Shown one piece after another: positions 51,416 to 59,122 of a stretch of DNA of 60,892 nucleotides. The translations under genes and the position numbers were made by a program. Every line of letters begins with the position of its first letter. Position 1 is the stretch's first letter. Origin of the DNA: a virus. Under the pieces are notes generated by a model, which was not told the DNA's origin, made no database searches, and saw nothing but the letters and a program-made list of their open reading frames with translations. The stretch covers positions 1-60,892 of the IMG/VR virus record IMGVR_UViG_3300047160_014297. One strand, given 5' to 3'.

Positions 51416-51469
51416 GACGAGGTAGGACGAGGTAGGACGAGGTAGGACGAGGTAGGACGAGGTAGGACG
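51416..51469. repeat. Tandem repeat, about 5 x 10 bp (GACGAGGTAG / GGTAGGACGA), iteron-like, with an inverted partial copy at about 51497-51505
   Basis: Reads gacgaggtag x5 then gacgg. Downstream, ccgtcctac is the reverse complement of gtaggacgg. Confidence 0.95.
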
Positions 51470-51477
51470 GAATTGTA

Positions 51478-51507
51478 TTGCCCTACAAAACAGTTCCGTC
51501 CTACAAT
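51478..51507 (+). promoter_or_regulatory. Promoter-like TTGCCC-18 nt-TACAAT, 8 nt upstream of ATG 51516
   Basis: Read directly. The -35 is weak and the -10 matches 5 of 6 positions. Confidence 0.35.
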
Positions 51508-51515
51508 CGCCCGGT

Positions 51516-51767
51516 ATGGTCAAACATGCCAAGAAGAGGGTGGGGTTTCACAATAAACGGGGTGGTCGGAGGAGTAGTAAATGGCCGGACGTTAACTTGA
51601 CGGTAGTGGCGGAGGAAGTCGGGATATCGCCCAGTCATTTGAGCAATATTATGTCGGGGGTTTGTAAGCCAAGCTGGGAGGTGGGGTTGAAACTGGCTGA
51701 GGTGTGGTCACGGGTGGTGAAGCGACAAGTGAAAGCGGAAGATCTGGAACAGGAATTCAAACAATAA
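51516..51767 (+). CDS. HTH (Cro/C1-type) DNA-binding protein
   Basis: LTVVAEEVGISPSHLSNIMSG is an HTH. The ATG lies 8 nt downstream of a TACAAT box. The gene is preceded by iteron arrays. Confidence 0.65.
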   Translation: MVKHAKKRVGFHNKRGGRRSSKWPDVNLTVVAEEVGISPSHLSNIMSGVCKPSWEVGLKLAEVWSRVVKRQVKAEDLEQEFKQ

Positions 51768-51779
51768 GGAGATAGGTTA

Positions 51780-52757
51780 ATGGGCAAAGCAACAGTAGCA
51801 ACAGAACACAGTCACTCGGGATGGGTGGAGTTGAGACCCAACCAGATTGTAGAGGACCCGGTAACGAACGTCCGGATGTGGTCGGCGTCGGATGACGATT
51901 CGGATTCTATTAAAGAGTTGGCCCAATCGATCGTAGCGGTCGGGCAGATCAACCCGATCGAAGTGCGCTGGAAGATCAACAGTGGTGCGACCGACCCCAG
52001 TGACGGGCAATACGCGATCGTGACGGGGAGGAGACGGTTGGAAGCGATCCGGTCACTCGGCGACGGGTTTATGGTGAAGGCGACGGTGTTGGAGGTTGAC
52101 GACAAGAAGGCCCGTCAGCACGCGTTACAAGAGAACGCCAAACGTAAAGATCCGTCGGCGATGGATAACGCGCAAAATATCGCGGAGGTACGGGAGCGTG
52201 AAGGGTGGAAGGGCGGCAAGAATACCAGTAAGGTGGCCGAGTACTTTGGAATGAGTGTGGCCTGGGTAACGACCCATGAAAAGTTGCTGGGGTTGGACAA
52301 GAGTCAACAGAGTCGGATTCAGAGTAACGGTTGGTCCGCGCAAGCGGCATTTGATCTGATCGGTGTGCAGTACAAAAAACGTGGGGAGGTTCAACAGCGG
52401 GCCGAGGAGATCGCGGACAAGGAAGCGAAAGACAAGGGCAAACCCAGAAGAAGGGTAAAGAGCAGGCACGTCCGGCAGGCGGCACAAGAGACCCAGGCGT
52501 CAAGTAAGCCGAAACAACGGAAGACCCGTGAGGTGGTGGAGTTCTTCGAACGGTTCGACGTGGACGAGTACGGACGGCCGGACGGTGTGGTTCGGCAGTT
52601 TATCGTGTACCTCAATAAGTGGCTGGCCGGTCAAGGTACCGACCGGACATTGACGGAGAAGTTCGACGACATCGCCACGTTTGTACCGAATGGGGTTATC
52701 CCGAAGGTTGCCAGAAAACCCGTTAAAAAGGTTGTGAAGCCCAAACCCAAGAAGTAG
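51780..52757 (+). CDS. ParB-like nuclease/partition-domain protein
   Basis: INPIEVR and IVTGRRRLEAIRSLG form the ParB GxRR box. The C-terminus is basic. Confidence 0.75.
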   Translation: MGKATVATEHSHSGWVELRPNQIVEDPVTNVRMWSASDDDSDSIKELAQSIVAVGQINPIEVRWKINSGATDPSDGQYAIVTGRRRLEAIRSLGDGFMVKATVLEVDDKKARQHALQENAKRKDPSAMDNAQNIAEVREREGWKGGKNTSKVAEYFGMSVAWVTTHEKLLGLDKSQQSRIQSNGWSAQAAFDLIGVQYKKRGEVQQRAEEIADKEAKDKGKPRRRVKSRHVRQAAQETQASSKPKQRKTREVVEFFERFDVDEYGRPDGVVRQFIVYLNKWLAGQGTDRTLTEKFDDIATFVPNGVIPKVARKPVKKVVKPKPKK

Positions 52758-52781
52758 AGTAGTCGGCACTTTCGTCTGGCA

Positions 52782-54137
52782 TTGGCAACAGGACGGTGGT
52801 ACAGCACGGAGGGCAGGGCATTGGCGGACAACGGCACAGCGCAGGGACAAGCACGCAAAAAACCCAAAAGTAACAAGGTGAGTTTGAGTCAATCGCCGCT
52901 GGCGAGGCCGGAGACGGCCATCCATCAATTGGCGTCAGAGATACAGAAGTATCTGTTTTTGCCGGACCCGACCGCACTGTACGCCACGATGGGGACGGTG
53001 GCGGCCAACATGATTTACGGCAATCCCGTGTGGACGATACTGGTCGGGCCGCCGAGTTGCGGGAAAACGGAAATTCTCGAGATGTTCGTGAATTTACCGA
53101 ACACGAAGGTGGTGTCGGTCATTGAGTCGATTGCGGCGTTACTGTCAGGGAGTAATAAGAGGGATATCGCCAAAGGGGCAACGGGCGGATTGTTGAGGGA
53201 AATAGGTTACGAGGGAATGTTGATCATGACCGATATGGCCGGGATGTTACGACTACCATCGGACCCGCTCGGTAAGGTGCTGGCGGCATTTCGGGACATT
53301 TATGGTGGACGGTGGGTCCGGCCAATCGGTGGTGAAGGAGGCAGGAATCTGGTGTGGGGACCGTTGCACGCACCTCCGCAAGGTGATGAACGGTACGGCA
53401 AGCTGACGTTCTTGGCCGCGGCCACACCGACGATTGACCGGCACCATACCATGAACGCGGAACTGGGCGAGCGGTGGGTCTACTACCGGTATCCGGACGG
53501 CGAAGGGGATGGCGAGACACGGTCAGCGTTAAGAAATAAGAACCCGCAAGAAGCAAGGGAGGAAATGAGGGTACTGATTGCGAACTTCTTCCGGGAGTTG
53601 CCCATGGATTTCGTCCGGATGGCCGAGAAACGAGACTATACGTTGTACGAAGAGATGCGGATTGCGGCCATGGCCAAATTATGTGTCAGGGTCAGGAGTT
53701 TGGTACCCCGTGAAGGGTGGAAACGGGAAGTCGCCGACATGGCGGACAGTGAAAGGCCACAACGATTGGCCACGGTGTTGGGGCAACTGTACCTTGGGTT
53801 GGAAGCGATCGGACTGCCGGAGGGTGAACGGTGGTACGTGGTGGGGAAGATGGCCGTGGATTCGTGTCCGCGGTTGAGGTCGGAGGTTATGAAAGTGTTG
53901 TGGGGTCAGAAGGGACTGGGGCCGGTTGATCTGGTCGATATTGCGTTGGCGTTACGATTGTATCGGTCACAGCCGGTGGTGACTCGCGCGATCGAGGATT
54001 TGGAAATACACGGTATCGTAACGGTTAAGAAGGAGCAGGGCGAGAAAAGTACCGTGGAAATGACCGATGACGCCAGGGATCTGTACGAGAAGGCAGGGTG
54101 GAACGGGATTTACGAAAAGGAAGAGGCGGACTCATGA
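52782..54137 (+). CDS. P-loop NTPase, candidate replicative helicase or loader, with a C-terminal winged-helix-like region
   Basis: Walker A is VGPPSCGKTE and the Walker B-like segment is GMLIMTDMAG. The precise family was not recognised with confidence. Confidence 0.55.
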   Translation: MATGRWYSTEGRALADNGTAQGQARKKPKSNKVSLSQSPLARPETAIHQLASEIQKYLFLPDPTALYATMGTVAANMIYGNPVWTILVGPPSCGKTEILEMFVNLPNTKVVSVIESIAALLSGSNKRDIAKGATGGLLREIGYEGMLIMTDMAGMLRLPSDPLGKVLAAFRDIYGGRWVRPIGGEGGRNLVWGPLHAPPQGDERYGKLTFLAAATPTIDRHHTMNAELGERWVYYRYPDGEGDGETRSALRNKNPQEAREEMRVLIANFFRELPMDFVRMAEKRDYTLYEEMRIAAMAKLCVRVRSLVPREGWKREVADMADSERPQRLATVLGQLYLGLEAIGLPEGERWYVVGKMAVDSCPRLRSEVMKVLWGQKGLGPVDLVDIALALRLYRSQPVVTRAIEDLEIHGIVTVKKEQGEKSTVEMTDDARDLYEKAGWNGIYEKEEADS

Positions 54138-55843
54138 CAGATATGTTGGAGGATGTAGAACCGAAAGATTTGGGTATCGGGTTTCCGACGTTCCGGCAGA
54201 TACAACGTGAAGCGGGTTACCAAGCGATCTACGGTGAGGAACGATTCCAGGGGTTGTGTGCGCCGACCGGGTGCGGCAAGAGCGGGATTGCGGCGTTGGT
54301 ACAGCGAATGACGGGGTGGCGAACTGCGGTATTAACGGCGACGAAAGGACTGCAGGAACAGTACCTCGCCACGCCGCGTGACTTCGATATCGCGGATATA
54401 AGAGGTAAGTCGAACTACGATTGTTACGAGATGAAACGGACCCGGCCCGAGTTGAGGTTGGCCTGTGACGACGGTCAACGGATGGGTTGCTCGTTAAAAG
54501 GGAGGGATGGAGGTTGCCACTATGAAGAAGAACGGAATTCTGCGCGTCGGTCCGATTTTGTGGTGACCAACTACGCGTACTGGTTTGCGGTGAACCGGTT
54601 CAGGCGGTTCGGGCCGGGGTTAGAACTGGTGGACAAAGAGACGGGGGAAGTGCGGAATCCATTTGAGTGCTTGGTGTTGGATGAAGCGCATGCTGCACCG
54701 GACCAACTCTCTAATTTTCTGAATTGTTCCATCAGCGAGAAAGAAATCAACGAGTTGATGGAGATGGCCCGGCCCGAGATCGGTGAGGATGTGGGTGGCT
54801 GGGAGATCGGTGAGGATGTGGGTGGCTGGGCGAAGTGGGCTCAAGGTAGGGTTGCGAAAGTCGAGTCGCTACTTGCGGAGCGACAAGCGGACTTGTTGGT
54901 GACGAGGGCCAAAGCCGTTAGTAGGGACATCGAGATCGTAAGGAAGTTGGAGAAGCTGGTCGAGAAGTTAGGAATGATGTCGACGATGGTCGACAAAGAG
55001 TGGGTCTGTGAGTACAAGGAAGGGACACGATGGGGAAGAGTATGGGAGTTCGATGCGGTATGGCCGGGACGGTACGCCGAGCAGTTCTTGTTTCGAGGCA
55101 TTCCGCGTGTGGTGCTGTTATCAGCTACGCTGCGCCCCAAAACTCTCGGATTGCTTGGCATTCGCAAGGAAGTGTCGAAGTTTACGGAGTGGCTGAAGAT
55201 ATTTCCAGGGCACCGGTGTCCGGTGTATTTTCTGCCACCGACGAAGGAAGGCGGAAAACAGATAAGGATAGATAGGAATACGACCGACGAGGATATGAGG
55301 TTGTGGGTCGAACACATCGATCGGATTATTGATATGAGGACAGACAGGAAAGGGTTGATATGTACGGTGAGTTATCAGAGACAGCAATACTTTCTGGCGA
55401 ATTCGAGGCATCGACGATCGATGCTTGGAAATACTTCAGAGAAGGACTCGGAGTCCAGTTTGGAGGTCTACCGCAGGCACGTAGAGTCTACGTTACCGAC
55501 CATACTGGTGAGCCCAAGTTTCTCTACAGGATGGGACTTTCCGGGAAAATCGTGCGAGTTCATCGTGATTTGCAAGATCGCGTTTCCGGACGGCAGGTCA
55601 AAGGTGATGAAAGCCAGGAAGGAGCGGGATGAAGATTACCCGAATTACATGGCCGCGCTGGACTTGGTTCAAGCGTGCGGAAGGGGTATGCGGTTTGAAG
55701 AGGATCAGTGCGAAGTGTTCGTGACGGATGGGCACTGGACATGGTTTGGACGGAAATGCAGCGGGTTTATGCCGATGGGTTTCTTCAATTCGGTAAGGAA
55801 TTGGAACGGGGCAGGAATGCCGAAACCGCTCGAAAAACTGTGA
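54134..55843 (+). CDS. XPD/DinG/Rad3-like DEAH-box helicase with a 4-Cys (Fe-S) insertion
   Basis: CAPTGCGKS (I) and VLDEAH (II) are present. The four cysteines lie in NYDCYEM...LACDDGQRMGC...GGCHYEEE between motifs I and II. Start is at ATG 54134 with ATGA coupling. Confidence 0.8.
   Translation: MTDMLEDVEPKDLGIGFPTFRQIQREAGYQAIYGEERFQGLCAPTGCGKSGIAALVQRMTGWRTAVLTATKGLQEQYLATPRDFDIADIRGKSNYDCYEMKRTRPELRLACDDGQRMGCSLKGRDGGCHYEEERNSARRSDFVVTNYAYWFAVNRFRRFGPGLELVDKETGEVRNPFECLVLDEAHAAPDQLSNFLNCSISEKEINELMEMARPEIGEDVGGWEIGEDVGGWAKWAQGRVAKVESLLAERQADLLVTRAKAVSRDIEIVRKLEKLVEKLGMMSTMVDKEWVCEYKEGTRWGRVWEFDAVWPGRYAEQFLFRGIPRVVLLSATLRPKTLGLLGIRKEVSKFTEWLKIFPGHRCPVYFLPPTKEGGKQIRIDRNTTDEDMRLWVEHIDRIIDMRTDRKGLICTVSYQRQQYFLANSRHRRSMLGNTSEKDSESSLEVYRRHVESTLPTILVSPSFSTGWDFPGKSCEFIVICKIAFPDGRSKVMKARKERDEDYPNYMAALDLVQACGRGMRFEEDQCEVFVTDGHWTWFGRKCSGFMPMGFFNSVRNWNGAGMPKPLEKL
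55480..55492. repeat. Palindrome copy CGTAGAGTCTACG (inside the XPD/DinG-like gene, read as VEST)
   Basis: Read directly. Confidence 0.95.
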
Positions 55844-55955
55844 CCGAATTATTTTGTTTGACGAAACAATTCCACCTGTGCCATGATTTCGGACGGGTCA
55901 TGGGCAGGGTTGGTCGAACCGTCCAAAATCAATAATTTCGAAAGGAAGGCAAGCA

Positions 55956-56924
55956 ATGCCAAAAGTAGGTTACGCAGCGAAAGATTTAGCGCCGGATACC
56001 GGGTTCGGGTTTGAACGAGGCAAGGGCGAGGTGGTCGAAGCGAAGACTAAGATTCATCAGTACCCCAAAAGTACAAAAGAGCCCAGCAAGGAACAGTCGG
56101 CGCCGTTTATCTGTGTCCAGTTGGGGATCATGCACCTGAACGATGCGTTGGAACGGATTGACGATGAAGTCAAGTACGTGGAATTGGGACTGGGCCGGAA
56201 AGGGTTGACGCACTTTTCGGTGGGGGTTGCGAAGAACGCCAAGGACGACAACCCGCAGGATCTGGGCCAAGCGTTGGATACGGAAGGCAACTGTATCTTC
56301 CCGCTGGACGGCGAACAGATCCATCCCAAGACTCCGTGGGGAAGATTTGTCAGTGAAGCGGAGTTGAAAGACGCCACGGGCATTTACAAGGGTTTGCAGA
56401 AGGCCGGGTTCAAACCCGAGGTGCTGGGCGACGGGTTCATTCCGGATTTGATTGGGATGAAAGCGGAGTTCGGCCACGTCAAGTTAGAGAAGTGGGACGG
56501 GTTTACCGGTGAGGGTGACCCGTCGGCGTTCATGGTCAAGCAGATTTTCGTTTACCCCTACGAAAACAAGAGTAAGAAGGCGGCACCGGCAAAAAACGCC
56601 AAGGACGAGAAAGCTGTGACGTCCCATGGTGCACCGGCTGGGACTGCCCAAGCCGGTACTCCAACGAACGGTCAAGCCGGTGATTTGATGGCGTTCGCCG
56701 TCAAGGCCGCTACTGCTGTGGTGGGTGACGTCAAGGGATCGGATATGGATTTGAAAGCATTCCGCGGCAAGGTCCAGCAGAAACTGTTGAAGTTGGAAAT
56801 CAAACCGGCGACGATGCACCCGAAGGTACTGGAACTGTTGAAGAGTGCCGACACGACAGCCGAGATCGGCGCCCAGTGCGGTTTCATGGTCGATGAGGAC
56901 GGAAAGCTGGTTTGGGCGGAATAG
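55956..56924 (+). CDS. Hypothetical protein (possible SSB-type protein by position in the recombination module)
   Basis: 322-aa ORF with GGAAGG upstream. No motif was recognised. Confidence 0.65.
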   Translation: MPKVGYAAKDLAPDTGFGFERGKGEVVEAKTKIHQYPKSTKEPSKEQSAPFICVQLGIMHLNDALERIDDEVKYVELGLGRKGLTHFSVGVAKNAKDDNPQDLGQALDTEGNCIFPLDGEQIHPKTPWGRFVSEAELKDATGIYKGLQKAGFKPEVLGDGFIPDLIGMKAEFGHVKLEKWDGFTGEGDPSAFMVKQIFVYPYENKSKKAAPAKNAKDEKAVTSHGAPAGTAQAGTPTNGQAGDLMAFAVKAATAVVGDVKGSDMDLKAFRGKVQQKLLKLEIKPATMHPKVLELLKSADTTAEIGAQCGFMVDEDGKLVWAE

Positions 56925-56933
56925 ACGGTTCGA

Positions 56934-56953
56934 GGGGGGGTTCGACTCCCCCC
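56934..56953 (+). other. GC hairpin with a tRNA T-arm-like loop (GGGGGG-TTCGACT-CCCCCC) after 55956..56924
   Basis: Read directly. It is nested within GGAAT (56918-56922)/ATTCC (56954-56958). There is no U-tract and no full cloverleaf. Confidence 0.5.
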
Positions 56954-56992
56954 ATTCCAGTGAATTCGATACAAGAAAGGCGGACTTTCGAA

Positions 56993-57169
56993 ATGTCAGT
57001 CTACGAAACCATCGGGATCGCGTGGGTTATTCTTGCCACGGTTAGCTTCACCATCGCGTTCTTTTATCTTGCCATCCAAGGTATCCGGTCGATAACGATT
57101 CAAGTGCCACACCGGTTGGTCGACCATATCGTGGAAGAGATTGTTAGAGCGGACAGGACCGTACGGTAA
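56993..57169 (+). CDS. Small membrane protein
   Basis: Translation starts MSVYETIGIAWVILATVSFTIAFFYLAI, with one transmembrane segment. Confidence 0.5.
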   Translation: MSVYETIGIAWVILATVSFTIAFFYLAIQGIRSITIQVPHRLVDHIVEEIVRADRTVR

Positions 57170-57174
57170 AAACA

Positions 57175-57903
57175 ATGCAAGTGCTTGAACGGCAGGAAAT
57201 CCGGCTGGTGGAATCCGATTTAATAGCAGTGGAGTCGGAACTCTACCGCAAAGGGTTGCCGGAACCGAAAGTGCGGTCGGCCGGGGTTCATGTCTCGACG
57301 ATACTGAAGTATATTGCGTTGGCTACAGGTGAGTTACGGTTCACTTGTCCCTACTGTCAAGTCGTGGCGAAGCTGAAGTGCAGTAAATGCGGCCTGCCGT
57401 ACCAGTGGGGTGCAACTGGAGTCCAGGAGGATTTTGAAGAAGAGTTTCCGTTGCGGATGGCCGTAGGTATGGCATGGGAACTGTGGGCACAGGGGATCTG
57501 GCCGGATCTACTGTGGCAGCCGGGGGAAATCGAGAGAGATGGGATTGTCGGGTCACCGGACGGGTTGACATCGGAGTTTTATGTACCGCTGGGTAACGGT
57601 GCCGTTCATGATTTCGGTGTGGGTCTACTGGAAGAGTTCAAGTTTACGTGGAAGTCGAGCCGGAACCGGCATGACGCGATACAGGGAGAGTGGCTGTGGA
57701 TGCGACAGCTCATGTCGTATTGCGCGATGTGGGGACTCAAGTACGCACGGTTACATGTGTTGTGGGCGAACGGCAGTTATGACTGGAAGGGTGGTAATAG
57801 CGGGCCTGTCTACAACACCTATTTGATTGGGTTCAGTGGGCAGGAGTTGGAACGGCACTGGTCGATGATGATTTCAAACAAGGAGAAAGCAAATGGCGGA
57901 TAA
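57175..57903 (+). CDS. PD-(D/E)XK family nuclease (Cas4/RecB/YqaJ-like exonuclease)
   Basis: GSPDG...LLEEFKFTWK gives the D...ExK motif. The Cys cluster CPYC...CSKCG is also present. Confidence 0.7.
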   Translation: MQVLERQEIRLVESDLIAVESELYRKGLPEPKVRSAGVHVSTILKYIALATGELRFTCPYCQVVAKLKCSKCGLPYQWGATGVQEDFEEEFPLRMAVGMAWELWAQGIWPDLLWQPGEIERDGIVGSPDGLTSEFYVPLGNGAVHDFGVGLLEEFKFTWKSSRNRHDAIQGEWLWMRQLMSYCAMWGLKYARLHVLWANGSYDWKGGNSGPVYNTYLIGFSGQELERHWSMMISNKEKANGG

Positions 57904-58081
57904 GCAACAAATGGATGACGCGGAATTGGACTTACGGTTGGTTTTGATGGAACAGGACGAGGACGAATCGTTTCGAGCACAAGCGGGTTATGATTTCGAA
58001 CGTGTCACAACCGTTTGGGTCATCCAGGAAAGGATCGTCGCAATCACTCTTGTTGACCATGCCCAAGATCATCAAGATTGA
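57893..58081 (+). CDS. Small acidic protein
   Basis: AAGGAGAAAG lies upstream. The ORF overlaps both neighbouring genes. Confidence 0.45.
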   Translation: MADKQQMDDAELDLRLVLMEQDEDESFRAQAGYDFERVTTVWVIQERIVAITLVDHAQDHQD

Positions 58082-58883
58082 CGGGTTCACGAACGTCGCC
58101 GATCAACGGAAGGATACCCACCTCGTCATTGCGTGTCATGGGATGGAAGGGTCCGGTAAGACCCGGTTCTTGACGACCATGCCCGGCCCGATGGGCATTA
58201 TTCCTTGTGATCGCAAGACCCGAGCGACCGTCAAGAAGGAAATTGAGTTATTAGGGAGAAGAGATATTTTCATGCCGCCCGAGGATTTCATCAGGCATGA
58301 GAACCCCATGGCGTTGGCGGTGATGGACGAAAAGCGTGCCAAACAGTACTACTCCGATCACGTCGGCAGGATTCAGGACGCCACGTTTAAATTGGTTGCA
58401 CACCAGGATGTTCGTAGTGTCGCGGTGGATGGCGGCAGCCAGTTGTGGGAAGACATACTGTTCAAACATTACGGGCGCAACCAGCGGATTATGCCCAGAG
58501 ACCGAGGTCCGGCCAATCAAGACATGATCGATTTTTTGGCAGCAGTGACCGGGAAGCACTTCGCCATCACGTTAAAGAGTGATTACAAGTGGGAAAACGA
58601 CAAACAAACGAATGTGTTGGAACCCAAGGGGATGAGAAACATGGGTTACCACGTCACGGTGGTGTTACGGATGGCGAACAATAAACGGTATAACCCGCAG
58701 GTCGAGCACAGGGATTTCAATTGGCAGTTCTCGGCGACCATTGAGCATTGCCAGTTGGAACCACGGTTACAGATACCTGACGATGACAACGTATTGAAAG
58801 ACGAGTTCGTTCTATTTCAGTCGTTGGCGGCGATGGTTTTCCCGGACGAGGACCAGGGACAGTTTCAGATGGAGGCCGATTGA
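58059..58883 (+). CDS. RecA-fold ATPase (Sak4/AAA_24-like recombination protein)
   Basis: Walker A is CHGMEGSGKTRF. Start is taken at ATG 58059. Confidence 0.65.
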   Translation: MPKIIKIDGFTNVADQRKDTHLVIACHGMEGSGKTRFLTTMPGPMGIIPCDRKTRATVKKEIELLGRRDIFMPPEDFIRHENPMALAVMDEKRAKQYYSDHVGRIQDATFKLVAHQDVRSVAVDGGSQLWEDILFKHYGRNQRIMPRDRGPANQDMIDFLAAVTGKHFAITLKSDYKWENDKQTNVLEPKGMRNMGYHVTVVLRMANNKRYNPQVEHRDFNWQFSATIEHCQLEPRLQIPDDDNVLKDEFVLFQSLAAMVFPDEDQGQFQMEAD

Positions 58884-59122
58884 ACGACTCGATCTACTGC
58901 ATCGAAACATGGAACGGCGTCACCTACGCGATACCTTGCCGAAGGGACGATGCCGACTCGTCGGTGCCATCAGCTAGACCGTTGCTGATCGCGTCCGACC
59001 CCGAAAGCGCCATGTGCTTTATCGATTACGTATTCAAGCGGAATGCGGAGCTGACATACCGAGAGTGGAACCGGGAGTTCCGGGAGGCTGGGTTTGATGT
59101 CCCAGAGACGATATTCGGATGA
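58880..59122 (+). CDS. Hypothetical protein
   Basis: TTG start overlaps the upstream TGA, with GGAGG 5 nt upstream. Confidence 0.5.
   Translation: MNDSIYCIETWNGVTYAIPCRRDDADSSVPSARPLLIASDPESAMCFIDYVFKRNAELTYREWNREFREAGFDVPETIFG

Noticed and set aside
51416-51469. The tandem repeats here and at 12241-12270 and 51234-51272 as CRISPR-like arrays.
   Set aside because: The units are 10-13 bp with no spacers, so they are plain tandem repeats or iterons.
51516-52757. A temperate or plasmid-prophage lifestyle, inferred from the HTH plus ParB-like genes and the iterons.
   Set aside because: No integrase, ParA, protelomerase or clear CI-type repressor was recognised. ParB-like nuclease-domain proteins are also common in lytic phages. 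I left this as an open question inside the iteron finding.
2550-55492. The palindromes as N4-type hairpin promoters, or as recognition sites of the two homodimeric LAGLIDADG endonucleases.
   Set aside because: No N4-like virion RNA polymerase (a giant ORF) is present. A homing endonuclease that cut 11 sites in its own genome would be self-destructive, and LAGLIDADG sites are normally unique and 18-22 bp long.
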